64,000 bases of DNA from positions 372,001 to 436,000 of the forward strand of contig MU008182.1 in NCBI GenBank assembly GCA_010909165.1. The letters are read 5' to 3'. This document shows, piece after piece, positions 53,077 to 64,000 of this stretch. Each line of letters starts with the position of its first letter. Positions within the stretch are counted from its first letter, which is position 1. Source of the DNA: Anthoceros angustus. Its lineage: Eukaryota > Plantae > Anthocerotophyta. The position numbers and the translations under genes are program-made. The notes beneath the pieces are model-generated. The model saw only the letters and a program-made list of their open reading frames with translations, searched no databases and was not told where the DNA came from.

Positions 53077-54900
53077 ATGATGCTACGCAAGATATGTTCT
53101 TTGTTAATTAATCAAAACAAGAGGTACACAAGGTGTGTTTTGGTGTAGGTGTCGTTCATGAGAGAGCACCCAGTAGTGACCTAACCCTCTAGACGTAACT
53201 AGAATTACGGGCTTACAGGCAGATTAATCTTACACCCTCTTGGAGCGTAACGGCGATGGAGACTATCTTCCATGGAATGTGACACTCAGGGCTCCTCTGA
53301 AGTCTTCTTCTACCTCAAGCCACAAGCGAGTTGGAAGTGAGAAGCCCATGCTTCCAGCTTGAGCATGTGCCGGTAGTGGCGTAGCTTGCAGACCCTTGGT
53401 CAATATGTCTCAGCATTGTCCTCCGCTTGAGACGAGGGCCTTGACTACGCCCGCTCAACTACATCCCGATGTAGTGATGTTGAATCTCGATGTGCTTTGT
53501 CTGGCGTGGAACTTGGGATTTGCAACCAAAGCCGGGCGATATGTTATCACAATGTGGGTGTAGGATTGTCCCGCCTCGGTCGATGTCGGCCAGAAGGCTC
53601 TCCCACTCGCCTCCTTGCAAGACGGTAAGTGATTTATACCGCCTGTGGAGGAGAGGGCGATGGAGGTTTGCTTCTTGCAACTCCGTTCACCGCGGAGGAC
53701 AAGAGAAAAAGCAGTGCTAAGGCTCTTCCGTGAGTCGGGCCTGGAGGCCCAACTGTGACGGTATCCCATGCCGGCTGCCCCGCGGCTCTTCGCTTTGTAT
53801 GCCGGGCGAGGGTTCCTTAAGGTAGCGGAAGACCCTCTGACCGCTCAGGTGCCTTTCCGTGTGATTCTAAGAATTGTGATACGTGGAAACGGAGTAATCG
53901 GATGTCGTCCGGGTCCATCCGACGAAGATAAGACCCAAGGCTAGGGAACCGAGTCCATCTCCTTAGCTTCCTCCAGTCTGGCGATCATCAGAAGCTTCGT
54001 GCCAATAGCATAGGGCCGACGGGCCTAGCTTGGTCCAAATTTTGAATCTGATAATATTTCCTTGATGTACTTGTGCTGGTGGATGATCAGACTACCTTGA
54101 GCTCTGTCCCTGAGAATTTGGATTCCAAGGCAGAACTGGAGTTCGCCTATGTCTTTCATCTCAAAACGGGTGCTCAGTAGCTGCTTCACCTCATCCAACA
54201 TGGCTTGGCTATTGGTGGCGAGGATGAGGTCATCCACGTAAAGGGCGAGCAGCATGAAGTGGGGCCCCCGAGATAGCCTGTAAACGTTCCCATCTGCCGA
54301 GCTTTGGACAAAAGAGACACTAAGGTAAGAGTGCATGGTGGTGTACCAGACACGGCCACTCTGTTTGAGGCCATAAATGCACTTCTTAAGTCTCAACACT
54401 TTGTGTGGGAACTGTTTGCTGACGTAGCCCTCGGGCTGATCCATGTATAGCTCCTCGTCGAGTGCTCCATATAGGAACGCTGTGCACACATCCATCTGGT
54501 GCAACTCCAGGTCAAGTTCTGCAGCCAGGGAAGGGAGGATGCGGATAGATTGGGCTCGCACAACAGGGGAGAAAGTTTCCTGGTAGTCGAGCCCTTCAAC
54601 TTGAGAGAAGCCTTGGGCTACCAAGCGGGCCTTGAAGCGGGCAACCTGGCCTTGGGCATTAAGCTTGAGCTTGAACGTCCATTTGCAGCTAATCGGCTTC
54701 CTTCCAAGGGGCGGACCGATTCGGTACACCGCCTTCTCGTCACAAGAGGGCCGGGGAGATCCCTGGATGGTCGAGAGCTGAGTGACCAAGCTCCACGTCT
54801 GGGGTGACTAGTGGTGAAGGGTGCTCAATGCATGCTAGGAGAGGAAAATTCCCGCAGGGGACCGGGGTGAGATCGCGGGTATGCGAATACGCTGTGGAAC
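53077..54900 (-). mobile_element. Ty1/Copia family C 3' portion (RT, RNase H, probable PPT and LTR 53077-53234)
   Basis: ORF 54025-54789: CKWTFKLK..FKARLVAQGF..QMDVCTAFLYG..YGLKQSGR..LYVDDL; RQTKHIEIQHHYI; minus AAGAGGG-TGTAAG at ~53234. Confidence 0.88.
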
Positions 54901-55129
54901 CGACCAGCTGTTTTTCCCTTTCCCCAACCCGCTGTCTAACCAGATTGTGTCTAATTCGAAGGAGGGGTCTGTGGCAGGAGGGGTGTGGCCCAAGGGGGGG
55001 TCCGTGGTGGCCCGAGGAGGGGTCTCGGCCCAAGGGGGTCTCAGGTGGCCCGAGGAGGGATGCAATAATGGCCCAAGAGGTCTATGTGGCACGAGAGAGG
55101 GAGGATCGTGGGAACATCTTGCGCTGGTG

Positions 55130-55708
55130 GTGTATGAGGTCCTAGAGGGGTGAGGAGTGGGAGGTTCCCGGGACCCCGGAACCCCTCCGTGGCGCCACAC
55201 TTATCCCATTGCCTCCGGTTCGTTAAAGAGGGTTTCATTCCCACGAAGGAGTGGGGAGCCCTTCCCCATGCCGGATGGAGGTGCGCCCTGACCGACCTCA
55301 CTCTCTGACCTCCTCCACTTACACGCCGGTGATTAACCTTGCCTCCTACTACCACGGCCTGGCAGGTGACCCACCCTAGGTGTGTCACACCACCACGCCT
55401 CGCGATGACTCAGTCGCAGCGGACCTCTGTCCGCGTGAGAGGCACTGCCCAATCTGCGGTTCAGCGACTGGGGACCCCCAAATCACCGCAGATTAATGGG
55501 CAATCCTCCCACCAGCGAAATCCTACACTCCCTAAGACCCTTCGTGACAAATTTGGGGCGCCCCTCAAGCTCTTATCCTGACCCTTGAAATTTCACCTTC
55601 CCCTCTTTTCTAGGTTTCTTCCTCCTCTCTTCTCTTTTTTGTCTTTCTTTTCTCTCTTTGCTCCTTCCTTCTCTCTCTTGCTCCCTATCCTCTAGCTCCT
55701 CTCTCGTC

Positions 55709-55749
<41 letters not shown>

Positions 55750-57690
55750 TTTCTCTTTCTCTCTTTTCTCCTCTCTTCTCCTTTCTTCTCTAATCCACTC
55801 TCCACTCTTCCTAGCTAACTATCAGCCCCTGGCGCCTCCTGGCCCTCCCACGAACGCCTGCACTGCAGAGGCGTCCTCACAGGACCCTAGGCCACATTAT
55901 CAGCGGCGTCCAGCGTCTTTGGATTTTGCTAGGTGTTCCCTTCACCCGTCCCAGCACCGTCAACCACAATGCCGCCTCCCTCACCGCCGAACGCCACCAC
56001 CGCTACCCGAGAAGAAAGGTTTGGGCCCGCCTTACCCCATGAACCTCAAGCAGGCGGGTGCACGCCTGTCTCGCCAGACACACCAACCCTACCGGCTAGT
56101 TGGAAATCTCTTCCTCTTCCATTGGCTCCTCCCACATTGAGCCTCGCATCCATTTCACTCTCCAAGTCCCCGAATCTCCGGGTTGAGGGTCGCACCTTCC
56201 AAAATCTCCTCGTCCATCGTGGGGACCCAACAACTTCCTTGTCAACAAGGAACGATCTCCTTGGCAAACTTGTTGACCCTAGCATGTAAGTGGACCCGCA
56301 TCTCCGGCCCTTCAAACAAATCTCATCAAATTCCTCAGCCACTCTCCGAGGCTATCTTACGCAAGCATCCCTCCTGCCACCTCACTCAAACGGTCAGAGT
56401 GACATTCGCTGCATCTCTTTCCATGCCTCCAAGATCCCTTGTCGCCATGCATAATCACCGGAAGCGCTGCTTCCTGACGACCAAAGATGCGATGCATCAT
56501 TCTCCTGAGCTACCTCTTCCTTCCACCGCTGGTCACCTCCTGCTTGCTTCATGAGCTCCTCACGCCTTGCTCCATGTGGTCCTTCCTCCAGCTCCTTGAG
56601 CTTGGCCTCCACCTTCATTCTTGGCTTCCCGCCTCGATAGTCTTCAACTGTCCTATTCTCTTCTTCTCAGGCGAGTTCTTCCACCTTCCCACATCGGATG
56701 CCTCAATCTTCCGGTTGAGGGTAGCCACTTCCTTCATTCGCCCCTACTTTCTGTCTCACCTTGTCTTCAATCTTGCCGAGCCCCAACCTTCTCTCAGTCA
56801 ACTAGGCGCCTTGCCAACGCCATCTCCTTGATAGCCTTGCTATCCTTCTCCCACCCGACCGTAGGGCACCGCTGGCCGGCCCCGACACGCCTCACCTCCA
56901 ACTCCTCTACTTCGTAAGGCCCGCTTCACTAATGGAGTATCAATTACCGATGATGGTCAGCAGATCCTTCAAAGCCTTTGTCTTCTCATTCCTCCGGGTC
57001 GACTGATCGCCTTTCTCTTGGTGAGTGCCTCCACTCGACCGATATGGAACTTGGTGACTCGGCCATCTCCGGGTGGGTTAGTTCCACCACCGCCTCCATG
57101 GGGTTGCCTCCTCAGACATGGTGGCACCGCCACCTCTTCCTCTTGTGCCACCGTCCTCCCCGGACGATGTGCACCTCTTCTTCCTTGGCGCCGACGGGTG
57201 GTCTCATCATCCAGATCACCCGAGGTGAAGGCCTCCTTGCTCCACCTTCTTTGGGAGAGGGACTCGCATCATCCCTCGAGGGACCACTTCAAACGGCCGG
57301 TAAGACTCCTCCAGCTCTTCTTCCACAAGAACCCATGTGCCCCCACAACCGCACAAGGTACATCAAATGGTCGTGCCTCGCCTCATTGTCCACAATGTTT
57401 GGCCTCGTTGTCTTGATGCTCATAGGTCACAAGATGGTTGTCCCCCAGCCGAAGCTCCTTGCTTCCCACATGAAATGAAAGAATGCACTGAAGTAGGTGG
57501 TTCACCGACAGTGTCGCCCCCAAAACTATCCTTGTAAAAAGCTTCCACTTGAGGTCAGCAATCTTATCTGTCCTCCAGCCATTCCGCGTCTTCGCGTCTA
57601 CCCCTCCGACGAGCATGCTGAGAGCTTCCTCAGGAAGGTCAGCCACCACTGCTTTTTTCCATCTTCATTTCCATAGAGAAGGGCTTGGAC
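55130..57690 (-). mobile_element. Diverged relative of the Gypsy LTR and its internal ORF
   Basis: DLPEEALSMLVGG..KTRNG..KWKLFTRIVLG versus DIPQEFLDMMDGG..KNG..KWRLFAKIVLG. Shares GCCACACTTATCCC and a CT-rich tract ending CCTAG(T)CTAA. Confidence 0.65.
55595..55812. repeat. CT-rich tract with (CT)n microsatellite core (~55717-55743)
   Basis: Direct reading of the sequence. Confidence 0.9.
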
Positions 57691-57699
57691 TTGCAAGTT

Positions 57700-58161
57700 G
57701 TAGTAGCTATGTGACGCTAGACAAATCGCTCATTTGGTGAGGCTTTCGATGTTTGTTCCATCATCTACGAAGATAGCTAAAACTGAAGACTTGCTTTTCC
57801 TCTGGTCATGACTGGTGCTCTAGGAGGTGCGACTAGAATATGTGACAGCTGAGCCGAAGATGGTAGCCTTGAGTGGCAGTTTCTTTTAGTAGTGATCTCT
57901 TTTTCTTAGTTTGAGCTCGTAAGGCAACTTATGTCGGAAAGGGAGTTTAGAAATAATATGCACTAATCGCGTTGGTTACGTATTGGTGGTTAGTCAGCTA
58001 GACCTATAGAGTTAGTATAGTTAGTTAGCTAGGCTAGCGAAAGGACACACCCCTTGTGAGACCACCTATAAAAGCCCACTTATGAACACACTTGATTCAT
58101 TGTTAATAAAGCATCTTTGCTTAAGACGCTTTCGCATGCAATTCTAACTTGGTATCAGAGC
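57700..58161 (+). mobile_element. Orphan LTR with perfect tRNA-iMet PBS; internal region absent; left boundary approximate
   Basis: CTATAAAA (~58066), AATAAA (~58105), TGGTATCAGAGC at 58150-58161. Confidence 0.65.
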
Positions 58162-59211
58162 CCAAGTCTTCAGTCATGTTCTCTAGTTTCAATGGCTAAA
58201 CCTCGCACATATTATTACCTAGGTGAGCAATGAGCATTTGAAGAGCTAGTTGCTCGCTTATGGGTAGAAGCTAGAGATATGTTGTTTTGGATAGCAGATT
58301 GGTTCTACCTGACCACAAATGGCTATGACGATTTGGTCCCTGTCGTCGCCTCCCATGCGATTTCATAGAAGAGCTTACCCAGGGGCACTGAGCTAAGTCC
58401 ACGATGACTATCATTGGCAGCACACCAGCCACCTACGTGGAATGCTTCATCTTCTACATCGAAGCCTCCACCCAGGCCAAGTCTAGCTTCCGGACCTTGC
58501 TGAAATGACAAAGTTCTTCCGTGGTCTCACTCTTGATGGATGTGACTTGACTTCCGACTCTCTCGCATTGCTTCCCTAACAACATCTCGCTCAACCTTAG
58601 CTCTGGACATCGCCAATCTAGCATCATTCGTAGCTACCGCGCTATCCTTGGCCTTCTCCATAAACTTCGGAAGCTCTTCTGCCCCCTCGTGGACACCATG
58701 CGGCTTCGAATGCTTCGCCGCAGACTTGCTGGCATTCCCGCTAGACCATCTCCCGCGCGGAGGAAGAGCACTCTCGGCATCATCGTCTTCGTCTAGGTCT
58801 TCATTGTCGGGGCTTAGATCTGTTCCCTCGTCCTCGTCTCCAGCGGACAGGATGCCATCGCTAAATCCCTCATTGTCCTGGTCTCCAACCCCATCCTCAT
58901 CTTTGTCTTTGTCAGCTAGGGAAGTTAGGGTCACATCCTCTTCACGGCTAGGGTTTAGGAATAAACCTCGGCTTGAAGTAGGGGCGGACTTGTTTCCCGG
59001 ACTCAAAGCATCGGACATCTTGTGCCCGACAACTGCTCTTTTTGGCAGACCCTCGATTGGTAAAGTAAATGCCGAAACATCCCCACCGAAATTATGTTTT
59101 GTGCCAACACCCTTGATTCAGCTTTGCTTTGAGTTTGCACTTTAGGCATGATGTTGGCAAGCAGCTGGAGTTGCTTGCACCCATCCCGGGCAGTAGGAGT
59201 TACCAGGCATA

Positions 59212-60905
59212 CCTTACTAGAAATGGCAGCCCATGTTACATTTTATGTTAAGATTTGGACCCCTGGATGTAACACTTATGTTGCAATTTTGGGGTCATGT
59301 AACACTTTTTGCGCCTCTTGTTACACTTTGGCTTGGAAACCAAACCGGATCGTTTGTTGCAACCATGTTGCAATGGTGTTGCAATTATGTTGAGATGAAG
59401 TGAGAGGCGTTTTTGTCCTCTCTCAAGATTGCAACAAGATTGCAACACATAAAGTGTTACAAGAAAAGTCTTGTAACACTTTTGGAGGCTTGGTACCGAA
59501 CCTCCTCCCCATCTACCTTCCTCCTTTTACTACTATTACCCTATGGAATATCTAGTTTTACTTAGTAGTTCCCACTGATACTCGTATGAATATACATATA
59601 CATAAATACATGTACGAATATATTCTTCATAAAATACACGTATTGTTCATGATGATATATACTATACGGTAATTTCCTGTGATATACGGTCATATTCTAT
59701 TTTGTATAAAATAAGCATATACGTCACATGGATAACGTACATACTTTGTACACGTCCACGACACGCTTACCGCTTTGTCCTTGAGCACAAGTGCCTTTGT
59801 GCCTACGAGTTTGTGCTACGCGACCCATGTTTGCTATGCGGGTTATTTGGCTCCAAGTCCTCCCTCCTTCTCTCTCCCCTAGACAACCGCCTCATGTCCA
59901 CATGCCTTTTTGCCCCTCGCCGACCATGGTCATTGGTTGCTCCACCCTATCCTCCCTCCGCCACCGCCTTCCACTTTGCTTGTTTTCACCGTCCCACACT
60001 CAACACATGTCTCATATTTGCCGGTGACAAGACACTCGCTCTTCTTTGTGCTCACCCCCGCCCCTCCTACTAGCATCGCCTTTCTAATCTCACACATCAC
60101 GCCTACATGCATCAAATAAAATTTTGAGGTAGGAAATCACATGGAATGGGTCTTGGCCTCACCTTGCGCCTATACATGTACATGAGACCCCGCCATTCTT
60201 CCATCGCCTCCCTAACTTCACATCATACCGTTACGCATCAGCTGAAAATTTGAGATAGGAAATAACAGCATGAAATGGGTCTTGGCCTCACCTTGCAACT
60301 ACTTGCAGTTGTACATGTACACGAGACACCCCGCCATGCTACTATCGCCTTCTCTAACATCAAATCACACTAGCTAGTTACGCAACAGCTGAAAATTTGA
60401 GAGGAAATCATGATTGGAACAGTGTCTTGGCCTCGACCTTGCAATGCTCGCAAGTACAAGATCCGCTATCCGTGACACGTGATCCTCCGCCACCATCCCT
60501 TCACCAACATCATGTCACACTGGTTACGCATCAGCTGAGAAATTGAGACTGGAAATCACAACATGAAACGGGTCTCTACTTGAAATCACAACATGGAACA
60601 CCAAGCCAACTAACTTAATGAGTGTTCCAAATGGAAAGTGTTACATGAAATTATAACAAAGGACTGTAACATAAGAAGGTTTGCATAGTATATGTTTGAA
60701 ATCATAAACAATGCTGGTGAGAGAGAGGGTGTACTTAGGAGGGTGAGGTGATGAGGGAGAGAGTTAGGTTCGTGTTAAGATGGTGACAAAATGAGAAGGA
60801 AATAGTGTCAAACTTAATACCAAGCCTACATAGCTTGTTGCAATTTGGAAGTGTAACATAAAATTGCAACAACGACTGTAACATGGGCTGCCATTTCTAG
60901 TAGGG
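59212..60905. mobile_element. Non-autonomous CMC/CACTA-like DNA transposon
   Basis: 29-bp TIR CC(T/C)TACTAGAAATGGCAGCCCATGTTACA (59212-59240; 60877-60905), 3-bp TSD ATA, many subterminal TGTTACA/TGTAACA and GTTGCAA motifs. Confidence 0.88.
60050..60580. repeat. Four degenerate ~125-150 bp tandem repeats inside the DNA transposon
   Basis: Recurrent GCATCAGCTGAAAATTTGAG..GGAAAT..GGGTCTTGGCCTCACCTTGC. Confidence 0.8.
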
Positions 60906-61907
60906 ATAGATGCCATGCTGGGGACCTTCTATGAAACACTAGTCCCTTTCGATGTAAGCAATGCATCAGTCCGCACTCCTTCTAAACATTGCTAGTGCAA
61001 AACCTTGTGGAAGACACGATGCCCATCACTATGTCGCAATGCCTCCAAAAGTTCTTGCCTTTTTCGCTCCGGCTAGCAGGCCACAATGTCAAAGTTCTTC
61101 ATTACAACGCTGTAAACTCTAATACACTGCGGGTCAAGATGGAGGGGCTCCTTGTGCTTCAGCCAGATCAGCAATATCGCGTACACCTGCTCATCCCTCA
61201 TGACTAACTGTGTGAAAACAATTGCAACTGCACCTTTCTTCTGGCCAATGTGGTTGGTGTCATCCTCCATCGACACATAAAAGAAGACCAAGTCTTGATT
61301 GGGTCGCTGTTACATTGTCTAACTCCTCATGGTAATGTCAAATGGTGAGGTCATCTTGTACATCTGTTGGATCATGTCAATATCGGACCGCTTTTAAGGA
61401 CTTTGGAAAGGTGCCTTGGTCGGAGGAGACAATTTGGTGGGAGGAGATGCTTCAGGCTGAACTACATGCTGTGTCCTTGGAGTCTTGGCCGGCTCCAGCC
61501 TGGTCGCCTCATTCAAGGCCTGTGAATCTGTACACTTGCGTCTAGCTTTTTTCTTCTCCACCGAAACGTCTTGTGATTTATTGGTATCATTCATCCACTT
61601 CGGCCTCTTTTGGAGGAGCCATTCTTTTTGAGACAATCACATAACCGAAACCTATTTGGAGGAGCCATTCTTTACGAGACAAGTCACATAAGTGGGTCAT
61701 ACAAACATGTTGTGAATGTTAAAAGCCGAGATCTGCATGTCATTCAGCAAGACAAATCACGGGACAACCTGTGTGTAAGCCTATACGTATGTACGGAGAG
61801 ACCTAGCACCATGTACGCAGCAGTCATGCGCGGCGCAGACGGGCCTGGCAGTGCTCGCACCCAGCAGCACGCTTTTTTGGAGTCGGGGTTCGCAGCTGCA
61901 ACTGGCT

Positions 61908-63220
61908 ATGGAGCCTCTTGCCACCGCCACTGTACTGCTCCCTCCTGGCAGTGACTTGGACGCAATTTTCTTGGGAGACGAGGCTGAGGAGCCTCCGTTA
62001 CCGCGCAAGAAGGTTCCAGTCGGAGATGTGTACGAGGCAGCACGTGCCGGCGATGTCGACCGACTGCGCTTCTGGCTCGAGGACCAGGGCGTGGATGTGA
62101 ACGCTCGGGACTGCTGGGATTCTGTGGCACTCTACTACGCCTGTCTTGCCGGCCACCTGGATGCTGCTCTCTTGCTGTTGGATAATGGGGCAATCTGCAG
62201 CGAACACACCTACGATGGGGACCGATGCTACTATGCCGCACTCAATCTGCAAGTGCGTAAGCTGCTCAAAGCGTTCGAGTCCCGCCCTCCGCCGCTGCAG
62301 GCTCTTCCTGCTGCTCTTCGCCAAGCTCTGTTAAGCGCAGGCGTCAACTGGGCCTACTGCGATGCGCGGGACGTTCTCGACCTCGCTGCCGCGCCATGCT
62401 TGGCCTCGGACATGGTCTTTCACGTTTCTGACAAGCCAATTTCTGTGCATCGGGCACTCCTGGCTGCTCGTTCGCCTTTCTTCTGCCACAAGTTTGCCAA
62501 CGAGTGGAGGGACAGGAACGAGATACGCTTCGCACGACGTAAACTTTCCTTCTCCGCACTTTTCAGCCTCCTCCACTTTTTCTATGCCGACAGGTTGGAT
62601 GTGGCAGTGGAGGACATGGAAGACCTCATCAGGATCTGCAGGGTTTGCGGATGCCGCGCCCTTCAGGCGCATCTGGAGAAGGAGCTCGTGCATCAGAAAT
62701 ATGCCGAGTACAAGTCTCTCCACGGGGTTGATCAGTCGCAGAGGAGATATATATTACAGGGGTCCGCTCTTCCTCAGCAGCACCGGCTGCCAGCAGCCAT
62801 GCGCAATCTCTTTCTCCTCACCCTAGCCAATTCCGACACACAGCAACCTAGGGCTCATCAACGTAGAGGTCAGGACTCTCAGCAAATATCAGTATCTACT
62901 GCTATGGCCGCGCATGTCACGGGTAATGGTTGCAATCCTTGTTTACAGCTACAGGAGAGGCAACAAGACACCACCTCATCATTTAATACTCCTCTGTCTC
63001 ATGCTCAACTGGAGGAGGACCATGCGGACGTATGCTTCCTTGTTGAGGGCCGGATGTTTAGAGGTCATAAGTTCATACTAGCAGCACGGTCCGAGTATTT
63101 CAGAGCAAGGTTTTGTCGAGCAACTGAAGTCGAGAATGGATCAGGGACGACCAAGGAGCTGCCCGTGCTTGAAGAACATGATATAAGCTCGAGTGCTTTC
63201 CAGAGTCTGCTGGAATTTGT
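61908..63220 (+). CDS. Ankyrin repeat + BTB/POZ domain protein (At2g04740/ABTB1-like), exon 1
   Basis: GDVYEAARAGDVDRLR..VDVNARDCWDSVALYYACLAGH (ankyrin); VHRALLAARSPFF (BTB1); ADVCFLVEGRMFRGHKFILAARSEYF (BTB2); donor GTAAGC at 63221. Confidence 0.95.
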
Positions 63221-63314
63221 GTAAGCATCCATGCCCTTTTCTTACTTCACTTGAACCCACGCCTGTTGGTTGCTCCAGGAGCAACTGAGCACATCACGTC
63301 GGTTGCTTGTCCAG

Positions 63315-63351
63315 GTATACAGGCACTTTGGAGAATGTCGACCCTAGTCAG
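63315..63351 (+). CDS. Ankyrin-BTB gene exon 2 (YTGTLENVDPSQ)
   Basis: CCAG acceptor, GTAGGT donor, frame preserved (LLEFV-YTG). Confidence 0.88.
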
Positions 63352-63462
63352 GTAGGTTATTTTGTGTTTTTTTTTTCTCTTTTCTCGAAGGAGTGTCGTG
63401 CTCTTCTGGATCGGATCCTTTCGAGCTCCCTCTAATCTTGTTCTCTGGTGGTGTGCGTGTAG

Positions 63463-63596
63463 GCAGAGGAGATATTCGACGCAGCTTCACGGTACCTGGT
63501 GTTTAGCTTGAAGCGTGCTGTGGCTGGCGCTCTCCTGCCACAGCTGGATGTCACATCTCCTGCAGAACTGTGCAGTTGGCTGCTTATGGCTGATAT
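63463..63596 (+). CDS. Ankyrin-BTB gene exon 3 ([20 protein letters not shown]...LMADM)
   Basis: GTAG acceptor, GTATGT donor, in frame. Confidence 0.9.
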
Positions 63597-63696
63597 GTAT
63601 GTGTGCTACTTCGTCCACCGCCCATCCGTCATGCATTTATCCCGTCCTCCACTTGGCCTCACCCCGATTTTCTTCTGTTTCTCTGGCTGTCTGCAG

Positions 63697-64000
63697 GTAT
63701 GGTGTGTGGAAATTAAGAGACCATTGTCTGGATGTCATGGCTCTGAACTTAAAGCTGTTTGTGTCAACCCCAGAATTCCGGGCAATGGTTGCGAGCCTTC
63801 CACCCCCGTCGGGCGAATCGTGTCTCCGGACCAGTGTCCCTGCGGCACTAGGAGAAGCAGGAAAGGGAGTGCGAGCAAACATTTTGGATGACCTTCGCGA
63901 GAAATGGCTGGCATTGGAAGGGGAGGAGCTTGACAAACGAGACCACAGTGCTGTGAAATTCGATAGGATGTTGGAAGAGCTCGTCCTTGACTTTGGAAAT
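63697..64000 (+). CDS. Ankyrin-BTB gene exon 4 (continues past the window)
   Basis: TGCAG acceptor; [41 protein letters not shown]. Confidence 0.9.

Larger units (their letters stand above)
58323..61642 (-). pseudogene. Uncharacterised intronless pseudogene interrupted by a DNA transposon
   Basis: ORFs 61394-61636, 61073-61291, 58527-59018 and 58323-58511 fall in one frame once 59212-60908 is removed. Only nonsense codons interrupt it. Confidence 0.6.

Noticed and set aside
60050-60580. Repeat-spacer-like array suggestive of CRISPR
   Set aside because: Units are long, degenerate and homologous throughout; eukaryotic transposon context; no cas genes.
59487-60826. Possible nested MITE with GGCTTGGTA/TACCAAGCC ends
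   Set aside because: Only a 9-bp match and no TSD.
58323-61642. Stops repaired by U-to-C RNA editing
   Set aside because: That editing is organellar; this locus is nuclear and also transposon-disrupted.
63499-63891. 130-aa ORF as a separate gene
   Set aside because: It is exon 3 read through intron 3 into an out-of-frame exon 4.

Overview
Eukaryotic land-plant nuclear DNA. The short (~100 bp) introns and GC-rich exons suggest a compact non-seed-plant genome, but this is low confidence. About 58 kb is a nest of LTR retrotransposons, and a clean host gene starts at the right edge. The nest holds two copies of a minus-strand non-chromovirus Ty3/Gypsy element (1-24167 and ~28630-50807) with ~5-kb LTRs that contain a long coding-like region. 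Each copy is interrupted at the same position by the same 7.2-kb Ty1/Copia element (9087-16318; 35786-43046). That Copia has an extra ORF before gag. Between pol and its 3' LTR it carries what looks like an antisense gene with four introns and its own TATA/site-II promoter, which is the most striking feature of the window. Also present: two pieces of a second Copia family, a third Copia RT/RNaseH fragment, a diverged relative of the Gypsy LTR-ORF, an orphan LTR+PBS, and a 1.7-kb CMC/CACTA-like non-autonomous DNA transposon (29-bp TIR, ATA TSD) splitting an uncharacterised minus-strand pseudogene. The host gene is an ankyrin+BTB/POZ gene (At2g04740/ABTB1-like), exons 1-4. Major caveat: the TE copies carry many small indels concentrated at CAG/CTG and CG sites, probably long-read errors at methylated cytosines. 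Frameshifts and some junctions may therefore be assembly artefacts.
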